A DNA stretch of 64,000 nucleotides, taken from positions 49,972,001 through 50,036,000 of the forward strand of contig OZ024746.1 in assembly GCA_964016885.1 (NCBI GenBank), in the 5' to 3' direction. Origin of the DNA: Eledone cirrhosa. Lineage: Eukaryota. The stretch's first letter is position 1. The number at the start of each line of letters is the position of its first letter. The notes beneath the pieces were generated by a model. The model was given only the letters and a program-made list of their open reading frames with translations, searched no databases and was not told the DNA's origin. Below, one piece after another: positions 28,362-41,756 of this stretch. The position numbers and the translations under genes are program-made.

Positions 28362-28560
28362 CATGCTCCTGGAGTTGAGGGTTGTTCTATCTACGGGGTA
28401 TAAAACAACCCATTTGTAACGCCTCCCACCTATTGGGGATTTCGATTGTTATATTTTCATGTTAAAACATTTTGTTTACACGACTGTATGTCTTTGTATT
28501 GTCCCCTTTTCTTGTGCGTCCTTGTGGCAAATAAATCTATCTATCTATCTATATATCTAC
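28362..28560 (+). mobile_element. Older Tx1 family A 3'UTR fragment with TATC tail
   Basis: CTCCTGGAG..GAGGGTTG..CCTATTGGGGA..CCTTGTGGCAAATAAA. Confidence 0.75.
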
Positions 28561-29233
28561 CTAAATCTGTCTGCTCTTTACTCTCTTCAATTCTCACTTC
28601 CCTCTTTCTCTCTTTCTCTCTTTCTCTCTTTCTCTCTTTCACACTCTTCTTTAACACACAAAGAGAGAGAGATAGAGTGAGATGGAGAGTGAGGGAGAGA
28701 TAGAGTGAGAGAGAGAGAAACCCTTACGCACGACATACAATGTATACATACGAATCCACACAACAAATATTGGTGGAACATTCTCATCAAAACCTCCATC
28801 AAATAAACCATAACGAGTTTAATAAAAACATAAACGACCAGTTTACTGGAGCAGAAAAGAAACATTATCCCGAGTGTTAGAGGTCAGCTGTACTGTAGAT
28901 GTGAACATTTTATCTTAAATCAATAAGAAAAAGAACATTTAAGGACAATTCCTACACACATGATGAATTCAGTTTTATATCTAATAAATACTGGTGCACC
29001 TGGTTATGTTAGGAAACCACCAAGTGACAATATCGAAACACTTTCAAAGAAAATGACCGCCTGACATGCACCTTTTGAATGCAATTAATCTGTAAGCAGA
29101 GCAGTAAAAACGAACAAGCAAGACTTTTCTAAAGTTCAGCATGGAACTTTTTCTAGTTGATTTTATAAAAATTCCATCGATGAAGTTTTGTTTCTTTGAC
29201 AGGAACCAGGTCTTTCTTTGTAGGAAGAATTGA

Positions 29234-29269
<36 letters not shown>

Positions 29270-29659
29270 GGAGATAATATACACATGTCGCCTTGTAGTT
29301 GTCAGAACTCGGTGCTGTTAAATATTACTGGAAATTCCAACAACAATGGGAATGTAGACTGATTATATTTTCCAGGCAAAGAAAAGTTTGTGGCTGTAAA
29401 TCTGTATTAATATATGTGACCCTGTGTATATCACTGAAGCAAAGTAAATACCTCAGTAGCTATATCACCCTAATTTGCGAGTAGAAAAAAAAAAACATCA
29501 TTAGGATATGTATGTAAAATAAGGAGGGCCATGAAATACAAGTTGACGTTGACTGACATCTCTCCAAAGAACATAGAACGATTATCACTTAAGATTCTCT
29601 ATTTTCTAAAAAAACATCATTTCTTTATAAGCTTGCTACTGAGCTATACATGCTACTGA

Positions 29660-30458
29660 GTATACATGTGTTTGCATTGCAAATGACCAAGTTAGCTGGA
29701 TTGAAAAATACTAATTAAAATAATACCAATTAAAATAATACGGTTTGCCTGTCTCGATTTAAGATAATAAATCAATAAAAACAAACCTATATTGGCAATA
29801 GCCGTGATACCTGGACAAATCTAAATTTTAAATTTTAAATTTGTTTCGCAACAATTAAGTGAAATTTCCTATTCCTGTGCTCTTCTGCAGGTATCCAGAA
29901 ATTGGTAAGTTTCACTTCAAAATACTTAGGAAGACTGAGAGAAATGTGTTGTTGAACGCACATGTGTCTCAGCGTCTAGCACGTCCTATACTCGTGCCGC
30001 TAAAAATAGCAGCCGGTTTTATGGGACTAAAAATTAGCTCAACGCATGGAGCCGAGAATATTATATATAGAGTTATAAACTCAAATAGTCTTTTACAATT
30101 AAATAGCTCAAAGAAAGGGATATTTCTGAGCCGTGTAATACAATAGGAAATTTCACTTAATTGTTGCGAAACAAATTTAAAATTTTAAATTTAGATTTGT
30201 CCAGGTATCAGGGCTATTGCCAATATAGGTTTGTTTTTATTGATTTATTATCTTAAATCGAGACAGGCAAACCGTATTATTTTAATTAGTATTTTTCAAT
30301 CTAGCTAACTTGGTAATTTGCAATGCAAACACATGTATACTTGTATCAGTGTTTATCCCTATCATATATTCACTTGTATTACACGGCTCACAAATATCCC
30401 TTTCTTTGAGCTATTTAATTGTAAAAGACTATTTGAGTTTATAACTCTATATATAATA
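29660..30458. repeat. Compound inverted duplication (29660-29873 / 30142-30340 and 30058-30143 / 30374-30458) ending in (TA)n
   Basis: Two interleaved reverse-complement pairs read directly. Confidence 0.8.
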
Positions 30459-30510
30459 CATATATATATATATATATAATATATATACATATAATATATA
30501 TATATATATA

Positions 30511-31420
30511 TTCCTTCCTTGCTCACATTCCAACCAGGTTTGATGGTCTTTATTCTCTCTCGTTCACGATTTCACCGAATTTATATTCATGGAAATTTGG
30601 GACTTGACTCCTTCTTCCTCCCTTTTCGTTGCTTCACCATCTTTGTTTGTTTACACTCTCGTGTCACCTTTATTTACGTGTCCCAACGACTTTTTTTAGC
30701 CGTTGCTCGCAGCAACCATAGTCATATGGTCTTTAAAGCGATGAAATACCAATGATGGTTGGAAGATCACTGATGAAGGACTAACTTTATTCATATGTAA
30801 CCCATTAGCAACCACGCAGCACGTTTATTCTCATATTTACACATATTTTTCCCCCACTGTGACCCGCCTATTTCGTTCTTACTGCTTCCTCTTTCTCTTT
30901 CTCTGTATCTTTACCCTCTCTAACAGTCACTCTCTCTGTTAGCCTCTTCCTCACCCTTCACTCACTCACTCTCAGTTACTACCTCTCCTCCTCCTCCTCC
31001 TTCTTCCCGTTTGACCTGCGCGTAATTCTTTTCTTTCGCACCCTTGGTCAGGCAGGTCGCTTTTTTTCTCTCTCTCGTCTACGATTTCATAGAACTTACG
31101 TTCACCGAATTCACAGACTAGATCCCTTCTTCCTCCCGTTAGACCTGCACGGAATTCCTTCCTTGCTCACATTCCAACCAGGTTTGGTGGTCTTTATTCT
31201 CTCTCGTTCACGATTTCACCGAATTTATATTCATAGAAATTTGGGACTTGACTCCTTCTTCCTCACTTTTCGTTGCTTCACCATCTTTGTTTGTTTACAC
31301 TCTCGCTGTCCCCTTTATTTACGTGTCCCAAAGACTTTTTTAGCCGTTGCTCGCACCAGCCGGAGGTATATGGTCTTCAAAGCGATGAAATACCAATGAT
31401 GGTTGGAAGATCCAACTTTA

Positions 31421-31424
<4 letters not shown>
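30511..31424 (+). repeat. Direct repeats (30511-30795 / 31155-31424) flanked by (TA)n; probable non-coding partial-tandem PLE derivative
   Basis: About 280-bp direct repeat around a CT-rich spacer; no ORF or clear HHR. Confidence 0.5.
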
Positions 31425-31461
<37 letters not shown>

Positions 31462-31562
31462 TACATATATATATATATAATATATATACAGATATAGATA
31501 TATATATACATATATATACATATATATATTCATATATATATATATATATACATATATATATA

Positions 31563-31743
<181 letters not shown>

Positions 31744-31756
31744 ATATATATATATA

Positions 31757-31826
<70 letters not shown>

Positions 31827-32459
31827 TATTCTCCAGTATGCAAGTATACACACACATAGATATAAACATTTATTTATACACATATATATATATATGTATG
31901 AATGAAGTAATTCCGTCGGAAAGGTCCAGGAAAAAAGAGTGCTCTATGTAGGTTACAGAGCTTAGTTATGTAATAAACAACATAAGGGAATTATTTCATT
32001 TACCAGTGGTTTCTTGAAAGCAAACAAATTATTCTTTCAATCATCAGAAATCCTGGTGTATATATTGACATTGGATTTTAAAAATAAAAATATAATCTAT
32101 ATGAAAGTGAGGCTGCAAAAGGAAGAAGGAAAGGAAAAATAAACACACAAGCACACACACACACATACACACACACAATTACATACACACACACATATAC
32201 ATACATATATATATACATATACACACACATATATATATATATACATACATACACATATACATAGACGTACAAATACACATACATATACATATATACACGC
32301 ATATATATGTCAACATATGCATACATGCACATACATACCAATACGCAAACACACACACACATGTATATATATATATATATATATACATCCATACATACAC
32401 ATAGATATCCATACATACACATACATAGAAATACACAAACACACACACATGTATATATA

Positions 32460-32850
32460 TATATATAATTAGTATTAAGGATACTATTTATGGTTATGTA
32501 TGTAATAAAACCTTTTATGGTTATATATTTTTTATACAAACCCTAAATAGTGAAAGATAGTCATTAATTACTATCTTATTACCATTTTTATTTTTATTTT
32601 TATTTTTATCTTTATCCTTTAACCCTTATATGTAAATTGCCATGCTATATCATTTTGATGGATGTCATCCCACTGTGGATCAATATGTGCGTATGTTTTT
32701 ATATGTCTCTTGTGTTGAAAAGGAGGTCAAGTATGTTATAGATCACTAAATAGTTGCTCCGAAGAATCCAAACCTCGGTTTGGAGGAAACAATTGTAAGC
32801 AAATAAATGATTTAAACTGAACTTTGATTATTGTAATCTCTCTCTCTATA
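32460..32850 (+). mobile_element. Solo PLE pLTR / 3' end remnant
   Basis: Contains minimal HHR at 32754-32802, lies between TA tracts. Confidence 0.6.
32754..32802 (+). ncRNA. Minimal type I hammerhead ribozyme with palindromic loop 3
   Basis: TTGCT CCGAAGA a TCCAAACC tc GGTTTGGA g GAAAC AATT GTA AGCAA. Confidence 0.75.
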
Positions 32851-32863
32851 TATATATATGTCA

Positions 32864-32941
32864 GGTCACCAGTTGGTGCTACTGGTAACATGTATCCCAG
32901 TACAACCTGTCTCGTGGTCGGGTCATTGGCGACTAAACTGG
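32864..32941 (+). ncRNA. HDV-like ribozyme lacking P4
   Basis: P1 GGTCACC/GGTCATT (G1-U wobble, one C-C mismatch), P2 CCAGT/ACTGG, P3 CAACC/GGTCG, L3 TGTCTCGT, GG, J4/2 CGACTAA. Confidence 0.7.
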
Positions 32942-33466
32942 CAACCCCACCAAGCTTTCTTGGTGAGGAGGGTGACTTTCGACATTCTGCAGGACTAAAA
33001 GCAAAACTTGTTAAAGGGCAAAGGAGCTCTTAAGAGTCAATGGCCATCCAAAATCAACGGGAGAGATGATCCCTTAGCCTTTGTCAAGGCATAATTCTAG
33101 GAGAAAGAAAACTCTGATATAACACCTGCAAACCTGATGGTATCCAATGACGTTGACTTGTTCTTCTTTTTGGTAAATATCATCTTGGTTAAGAGAGTGG
33201 GACTGGCTTTTTGTGCAGTGCCTTTGCTCACTATAAAAGCTTCACGGCACAGGCATTGCTTTATATCTGGAGATCTCTCTGCACTTGTCGTCACATGGAA
33301 CCATGGGCCCAGCGCTATATGTCAATAATTGTCACAAGTGTACTGTTTGTACCAGAGTTTTCAAGTCGGTGGCTGGACTAAAAAGTCACACTCGTTCAGC
33401 GCATTGGTAGGGGTTCTCCTTCATGGATATAAAGTAGTGGCCGTACTCGAAAACGAGTTGGCAGCC

Positions 33467-33470
<4 letters not shown>
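32864..33470 (+). mobile_element. Non-autonomous internally deleted RTE-clade element (5'UTR fused to 3' end)
   Basis: HDV-like ribozyme at the 5' end; RTE-like leader CTAGGAGAAAGAAAACTCTGA; C-terminal C2H2 CTVCTRVFKSVAGLKSHTRSAH* (33339-33410); 3' hairpin ACTCG AAAA CGAGT; (TA)n tail. Confidence 0.75.
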
Positions 33471-33543
<73 letters not shown>

Positions 33544-33740
33544 ATACTTGAGGAGAGTCATATTTTTGTAATATTGCCAGAATTAATAACAGAACACACT
33601 GTTTGGTTGGTTTTCGCTTTTCGCTTCTGTGTCTTTTATATCGGTAATCTAATTTATTCGTTCCTCAATGTTGCCATTGACTGACCAACGGTCAAAAATA
33701 ATACAGATACAATATAGACACAAACACATATATATAGTTT

Positions 33741-33783
33741 ATCAAAGTTCTTTCGTTGCACAACTGCAACATCGTCAGTGGTG
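33741..33783 (-). ncRNA. Minimal hammerhead motif (mutated twin at 37167-37210, plus strand)
   Basis: CA CTGACGA T GTTGCA gttg TGCAAC GAAA GAAC TT TG. Confidence 0.65.
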
Positions 33784-34261
33784 CTATTGTTTCCTCCCGT
33801 TACATTGTATGTTTACGCCATATTTATTTAGTCTGTTTATATATTTATTTATTTGTTTGTTTGTTTATTTTATTTTGTATTCTTTGCGCATGCGTTTGCG
33901 TGTGTGTATAGTGTTTTTTTTTTATGTGTGTTCGTGATTGGGTGACTGTGTATCGGTTAATGTATTCTATCTTTACTAGTGTTTGTTTATATGTGTTTGT
34001 TGTTATTGTGCTTGTGTATGTATTTATTTATTTATCTATTTATTTATTTATTTATTTATTTATTTATACTTCTCTTAGGTCAGTGTTGTTTGTTTGGGTG
34101 TTGTTGTTATTCCATTCATTCTTTCTGGTTAGTCTTGGCCTTCTAAGTTCTATTTCACTGGCCTCTCTGATTTGCCTATCTGCTGGGTCATTTCTATGTT
34201 TAGATATTATTCTAATTTCTATGTTGTCTATGTTACCGTCGTGTTGTTGTCTGGCATGTTC

Positions 34262-36424
34262 TTATAGTATTGACCCGTTTTTTCGTTCTTTTAGTTCCCC
34301 CCAGTGTTGGTCTATCCTTTCACCTATGCTACGAGCTGTCTCGCATATGTATGTTGTAGTCATGTTTCTGCAAGTACCCTCTGTACATCTTATGCTATAT
34401 ACTACGTTTCTAGTTTCGCAGTTTATCCGGGGGTTTACCTTACATATGATACATTTCCTATTAGAACAGTGGGTTTTCTTAAAAGGGTAGGTTTTGCTGA
34501 TCAGGGATTTTATGGTGGTTCCTGGCTTTTCTACCACCTTAATCTTTAAGTGGGTCTTTCTCAGGGCCTTTCTACACTGGTTAGCTAATTTCCCTCCAGG
34601 GGTGGCGTCCACAAACATGACACTCTGGTATCTCTGGTTGTCGTACCATGAGGTGGCTTTCCCTATCTTATGTCTAGCCCTATCTAAGCTATTCCATGAT
34701 TTGCTCCTGTATAATGGGCAAATTCCTTTCATGTCCAGTACTATGAGGGTCCTATACTTCTCCATGGCTCATTCGTATACTCTGACTGTCTCTTTGGTTG
34801 TAGCCAGAGAACTGCATGCGGTTGATGAAGTGTTGGATGTGTCTTTCCATTTCTGTTGGGTCGCACATGCGGGACACATTCTTCATCACTCGTACCAAAT
34901 CTGCGATCAGAATATTAAACTTAGCACTACTGGACATTGCTGAGTTTTTGAGTATCAGGTATTTGGAGGCCATGGATTTAGCATAGTGTGAGTGGAGAAT
35001 TTGGGCTCTCTCGTCTATAGTGTCAATCCAGAGTTCCGTGTCTAATACAGGTAGTCTATTGTTAGGGTGTTTGGAAGGGTAGTCGATAGTTACAGTTATA
35101 CTCTGGTGTATGGAATTAGCTATCTGCTGGATGCTTTCCATTGTGCTACGTTCTAAATCAAACTTGTTAGTGCTCTCTAGTGGGGATGTTCTTATAACTA
35201 TATTGATATCGTCTACGTAACAAGAGTACATGATGAGGTCTATGGAGCTCTCATTAAGGAGATCTTTAAGTCTCCTTTCCCACCATACCATAAAAAGGTT
35301 GGCAACATCACCAGCTATGCTGACGCCAATGTCTGCTCCCTCATTTTAGGTGTAGATCTTCTCGTTAAACTTGAATATGTGGCCCTTTAGGGTAGTTTTG
35401 ATACTAGCCCCTATTGCATGTGCGACCATTTTTCTTACCTAATCATTGTTTTTGGTGGTCCGTATAGCTTTGGTCCACCCAATCTACCTTCCCATGGGAG
35501 TCTTTTTTGCCATTGAGGTTATGGTGGGGGGTCTACCTCCTATGGGTCTACTAGGGCGGAAACGTCTAAGGTCATGGCTGTCTAGGTAGTCAGTGTCGTA
35601 GGTAAGTCTAAGTAGGAGGCCCAGTTCGTCTGTGTCGGCGTCGCAGAACTCCACCTCACTCTCAATGATCATCTCCACACATTTTTCCACAGCAAAATCA
35701 ATGTTAATGGATGGGTACAGTGATACCACATCCATGCTGCCTATTATGCAGTTGGATAGGTTCCTGTTTTTGTTGCACTCACTGATTCTGCTGAGGAGGT
35801 CGTCTGTACTGTCACATACATCTGGGGACATCTTGATTATGGGGCGTATAACCATTGAGAGGAAGTAGGAGATCCTGTATTTGCTAGCTATATTAGCTCT
35901 GCATACGGGTCTTGTTGGTGGTCCCGTTGTCGGGTCGTCGACGATCTTGTGGTCTTTGCGGAGCCCATACAAGGGTGGTATGCCATTGTTAGACGCCTGG
36001 AAATTGTTGGCAGTGCGTCTGCTTGACTTTAGCATGTCAGTCCACATCATCATGTGAGCGTTGAGGATTTTCTCTCTCCCATCATGTGTTTGCAGTGCAA
36101 TTTCGCTCGTGTTTGTGATGTGGGGTTGCATAGCCTTGATGTAGTTCGGCATGCTATCTATTGACATCCTACCAGACTTATCCGTGGTAGACATACTACC
36201 TCACCATCCCTTGTGCGCTGCTTGAGGCTAACCAAGCCTTCTACAGGTTTCCTCCCAAGTTGGTAGACCTCTGGTCTGCTCTGTCTCTTAGTATACCGGT
36301 CTACTATTTGTCTAATCTTATTTCTAGCTATGGTGAACTGTGCCTCTGTCTCGTCATCTATTTGTTGTGGTATGCAAACTCTTTTATTAAAGGGTAACCT
36401 CGTAGGATAGATATTACCCATCAT
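34262..36424 (-). pseudogene. PLE RT-GIY-YIG ORF fragments (36158-36424, 35484-36194, 34752-35291, 34262-34765)
   Basis: Colinear PLE RT and endonuclease motifs split by stops and frameshifts. Confidence 0.85.
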
Positions 36425-37450
36425 ATATGTTTTGTCAGCTGGGTTGAAAAATAGTTTATCTAAGGAGTTGTCATTATATCTATCGTCATAGTTGTGTGTG
36501 TTGCTATTATTGTTATTATGGTGGTTGTTGTTGTTCCTATCATTAGCATTATTATTATTGTTATGATTGCTAGATGTATTGTTGCTGTGATTGTTAGATG
36601 TATTGTTGTTATGATTGCTAGGTGTATTGTTGCTGTGATTGTTAGATGTATTGTTGTTATGATTGCTAGATGTATTGTTGCTGTGATTGTTGTTTACTTC
36701 ACCGTTATTGTTGTTGTTACTGTTATTTCTACCATTGTGGTTGTTACTTTTATTATGTTTCTTGTTTTTGTTGTGTCTATTATTAATGTTGCTACAGTGA
36801 AATAGAACTTAGAAGGCCAAGACTAAACAGAAAGAATGAATGGAATAACAACAACACCCAAACAAACAACACTCACCTAAGAGAAGTATAAATAAATAAA
36901 TAAATAAATAGATAAATAAATAAATACATACACAAACACAATAAAAACAAACACATATAAACACACACTAGTAAAGATAGAATACATTAACCGATACACA
37001 GTCACCCAATCACGAACACACATCAAACAAAACACTATACACACACGCAAACGCATGCGCAAAGAAGACAAAATAAAATAAACAAACAAACAAATAAATA
37101 AATAAATATATAAACAGACTAAATAAATATGGCGTAAACATACAATGTAACGGGAGGAAACAATAGCACCACTGACGCTGTTGCAGATGTGCAACGAAAA
37201 AACTTTGATAAACTATATATATGTGTTTGTGTCTATATTGTATCTGTATTATTTTTGACCGTTGGTCAGTCAATGGCAACATTGAGGACCGAATAAATTA
37301 GATTATAAAAGACACAGAAGCGAAAAGCGAATACCAACCAAACAGTGAGTGTGTTCTGTTATTAATTCTGGCAATATTACACAAATATGACCCTCCCCAA
37401 GTATAATAATATTTGTTTCGACACACGATTTCATATAAAAATCCTCGCAA

Positions 37451-37521
<71 letters not shown>

Positions 37522-37726
37522 TATATATATATACATACATACACATAATCATACACATATACACACGTACATGCACACACATACATACACACATATATAC
37601 ACGCATACATACACATACACAAATATAGATATATGTATACACACCTACATACGCACACACACAAATAATTATAAGAAAAAATATAATAATAAAAATACCG
37701 TATATATATCTGTGTGTGTGTATATG

Positions 37727-37806
<80 letters not shown>

Positions 37807-37811
37807 ATATG

Positions 37812-37884
<73 letters not shown>

Positions 37885-38005
37885 ATAATATTTGTTTCTA
37901 CTTTAGGCACAAGGCCAGCAATTACCCAGTGCATTACTGGTACTTTATTTTATCGACCCCGTAAGGATGAAAGGCAAAGTCAACCTCGGCGGGATTTGAA
38001 CTCAG
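37885..38005 (-). mobile_element. 5'-truncated OK-like SINE
   Basis: Reverse complement of box B, Meta domain and tail. Confidence 0.85.
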
Positions 38006-38172
38006 TAATAATGAGTTCAAATCTCAGGCGATCATTTACAATGAAATATACTAATAATAATATTACTGTAATATTATTATTAGTATACTTCTATCTAGCT
38101 AACTTGGTCATTTACAATACAAACTTAAATATGAGGATATTTGTGTTTATCAAATATATTGATTTGTGTTAA

Positions 38173-38208
<36 letters not shown>

Positions 38209-38640
38209 ACAATTTTATTTTAAATTGTTGGGTTACAACGAGTAAATATTTTATAACTGATATAAAAGCACTCAACAGATTTTGGAGTATTTTACGATAT
38301 TAAACAAATGGAAACTACATTTATAAAACCATATTTATTTCATTATATATATTTTAGGGATATCATATTAAAAATATGGTATGCCATCTTCAGACAAAAT
38401 ACAATATATAAACAGTTTTATAAATACATTTGACATACCTTAACAAATTTTACAACTTCCATTTAAAAAGTTGTTATGGTAGTGAGAATGTTAAGGACAG
38501 TTAGAAAGAAAGACGGAGAAAAAAGAAAAAAGAAAAAGAAGGAAAAAAAAGAAAAAGAAAGAGCGGAAGGTGAAGAAGATGAAGAAATGTATGTAAAGAG
38601 AAAAACACCAAATGAGGGTGATACAGCAAATTAAGACAGG

Positions 38641-40220
38641 GTGATACAGCAAATTAAGAACTTGAATTGTTTACCTAACCTAAGCTTGTGGAAGGGAACT
38701 GGAGAGGTTATTGAGTGGTTTAAAGAAATTAAATATAACAATAATAATAAATTTATTCAACTAGATATTGCTAACTACTATTCATCTATTACCCCTAACC
38801 TACAAAATAAGGCACTAAATTATGCATTCAAACATACAGACCTAACTAGCAATGAAATGTACATTATACTATCGGCAAGGAAAACATTGATAGAATTTAA
38901 TAACCAACTATGGACTAGGGCAGATAGAGATAGCAATTTTGACATTACTATGGGATCATCTGACTCAGCTCAGGTAACAAACCTTGTGGGCCTATTTATA
39001 ATTAATTCGCTGCATAGGAAAATACCCGGTGCTACCGGAGGATTATATCGAGATGACATGCTTTTACTTATTGAAAATAATAACTGTGAACTAAATAGAA
39101 AAAGAAAACAAATTATACAATTTTTTAATTACCTTAATCTAAAAATAGAAATTGAGAATAACCATTGAATAGTCAATTTCCTAGATGTAACATTAAATCT
39201 CAACACATGTCTTCACTATCCATTTCACAAGTTAAATGAAAACTTGAATTATGTCAACTTTAACTCCGACCACCCCAGATCTGTTAAAAATACTATAGTG
39301 AACTCTGTTAAAAAACGTATCTCTAGAATCTCATCTAATAAAAATATTTTCGACCAAAAAGCCCAGTATTACAATGAAGCGTTAGCTAGAGCAGGATATA
39401 GTGATAAAATTATGTACATCGATAATAATAGACAAACTAACCAAAATAACAACAATTTTAATTACGGTAACAACTTTAACAACTATAATAGAAAGAATTA
39501 TAATAATTCCAAAAACCAGAAAAGAAATAGAACTAGAAACATAATTTGGTTTGCCCCCCCCCCCCTTTCTCACTAAACATTAAAACCCACATCGCTAAAC
39601 TATTTTTTAATGCTCTTGACAAACGATTCCCTAGAACACATAAGTATCACTCAATTTTCAATAGACATACTATAAAATTAACTTACTCGTCCACCAAAAA
39701 TTTAGCACAAAATATTAATAGAATAAATAATAAGAATCTAAATCCTAGCCAAAATACCGATAATAGCATAAACAATATTCAAGTAAACAACTGTAACTGT
39801 AGAGATAGATCTAAATGCCCGTTAAATAACAATTGCTTAGTTAAAAATATAATATACAACTGTAATGTTAAAACTGACTTAAATTCTTTTAATTATGTTG
39901 GTTCCACCTCGACAGAATTTAAACTTCGCTATAATAATCACAAGAATTATTTCACGGATCCAAACAAAAAATCTTCAACATCACTATCAGGCTTACTCTG
40001 GCAACTTAAACATGATAACGTTGGATATTCGATGGTTTGGAATATAGTCTCAAGAGGGATTCCTTTTAACTCCTCCTCTGAGACATGTGACCTCTGCGCG
40101 GAGGAGATATTCTTTATACTAAAATCTAAAAATTCCCTTAATTTACGGACCAATTTATTCAGTTGCTGCAGACATAGATTGAACTCAACTTTTAAATATA
40201 AATATAAATTTAAAATGTAG
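38641..40220 (+). pseudogene. PLE RT-GIY-YIG ORF fragments
   Basis: 38641-39168, 39244-39576, 39546-40220; one TGA and a poly-C frameshift. Confidence 0.88.
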
Positions 40221-41594
40221 TATTAAGACTTTTAATTACTTTTTAATTATTTTTTAATTATTTTAGAAAACTTGGCGATAAATCCTTCGATTCCTTCAAT
40301 TCTTTAAACCTTCTTCATGAGTATATAATTAATAATGTAATTAAACTACCTTAAAATGGTGATGCTCCCAATCTATTGAATAAAATGTTTAAGCTAGATA
40401 AACTTCTATAATAAATATAAGAGCATCTGTAGAACAACCGGGTATCCTAAAGTTTTTTTTGAATGATTTCTGCTAGATAAGTTTGGTGAATAATTTTGGT
40501 TTTGTTTGCTTTTGATTCTGATTGCTTCTAATGAACTTGGCAATATATTGTCAAATAAATTGGAAGGATTGATTGATATGCGGGGCACACTGTGGTTTTT
40601 ATGGCCCTAGATATTCTGGGGAGTGAAATATTCTTGGCGTTTATAATATTTTAATATATTGATATCTGTTCTATTCTATGCTTGAACGATAATCATGTAA
40701 GAGAGGGCAAGAATATTATTATTATTATTAATAATGTATATTTTATGTATATATATATATGTATGTACATATATGTATGGTAAAATCTATTTTAACGCAA
40801 TGAAGATTTTCATGTGAAATAAAAATTTACAGAGCTGATCACGTAAACTCACATATGTCTATAATGTCAATTTGAGATAACCTTCTCTTTTTCTTTCTCT
40901 TTTTTCTTTTTCTCTTTTTTCATGAAAATACATATATACTTATGTATTTCAGTATTTTTTTTTTTGAAGTTTTATCTCAGATTTTGATTGTAAACCTAAG
41001 AATTTTTAAACTAAACATATAGTCATTATTTTTTCACACATTATTGATATGTGCCTCATTCATGAATATTGATATTTACATTATAATTCACAGGAATTGA
41101 TAGACTGATGAAACATAATATTTTAAAACTATCATTTTTATTTCTAAGTATATCTCCTCTCCTCCTCCCTCTACATTTGACGGGACTTATGTATCGGCTG
41201 TTTTAACTCTATCTCCTGTATCTAATCCCTCCCCTATCTCTCCCACCTCGTATAATAGATATTACTCGATCTACCTCTCCTTATTTATTTTTGTTTTTGT
41301 TTTTATTTCTCCCCGTATCCTTAACACTAAATAAATAAATAAATAAATAAATAATTACAGTACCCCCTTCCCTCATAAATGTTCTCATTTGGTGTTTTTC
41401 TCTTTACATACATTTCTTCATCTTCTTCACCTTCCGCTCTTTCTTTTTCTTTTTTTTCCTTCTTTTTCTTTTTTCTTTTTTCTCCGTCTTTCTTTCTGTC
41501 CTTAACATTCTCACTACCATAACAACTTTTTAAATGGAAGTTGTAAAATTTGTTAAGGTATGTCAAATTTATTTATAAAACTGTTTATATATTG

Positions 41595-41660
41595 TATTTT
41601 GTCTGAAGAGGGCATACCATATTTTTAATATGATATCCCTGAAATATATATAATGAAATA
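41595..41660 (+). ncRNA. Type I hammerhead ribozyme (mutated twin at 38336-38401, minus strand)
   Basis: TATTTTGT CTGAAGA GGGCATACCATATT ttt AATATGATATCCCT GAAA TATATA TA ATGAAATA. Confidence 0.75.
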
Positions 41661-41700
41661 AATATGGTTTTATAAATGTAGTTTCCATTTGTTTAATATC

Positions 41701-41756
<56 letters not shown>

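Larger units (their letters stand above)
33539..37453 (-). mobile_element. Penelope-like element (non-Naiad type) with inverted pLTRs (33539-34160 / 36797-37409)
   Basis: TDKSGR, LYGLRKDHK, PTRPVC, GSMDVVSLYPSI, YVDD, LPVLD; GIY-YIG VVYSIRC..TYICET; (TA)n on both sides. Confidence 0.88.
38206..41702 (+). mobile_element. 5'-truncated Naiad-like PLE with inverted pLTR (38296-38614 / 41385-41702)
   Basis: QLDIANYYSSI, MGSSDSAQV, YRDD, FLDV; CNCRDRSKCPLNNNC; IYNC..NYVGST; CDLC; (TA)n on both sides. Confidence 0.9.

Noticed and set aside
28860-29500. Possible host exons or transposase remnant
   Set aside because: No recognisable domain or consistent splice frame by eye; needs BLASTX or RNA-seq
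30735-30800. CTGATGA with upstream GAAA as a type II hammerhead
   Set aside because: Stems I and II and the UH site cannot be formed; the motif is absent from the second repeat copy
36560-36690. 24/48-bp tandem repeat as a CRISPR-like array
   Set aside because: No unique spacers; it is a minisatellite in the Asn-rich 5' region of the PLE
39160-39175. In-frame TGA in a Naiad-like ORF as possible selenocysteine (some Naiads are selenoproteins)
   Set aside because: It aligns to a non-Cys position (S/T in the two paralogues here). The TGA at 9742 lies at a deletion/frameshift. Conserved Cys codons are TGT/TGC and I saw no convincing SECIS.
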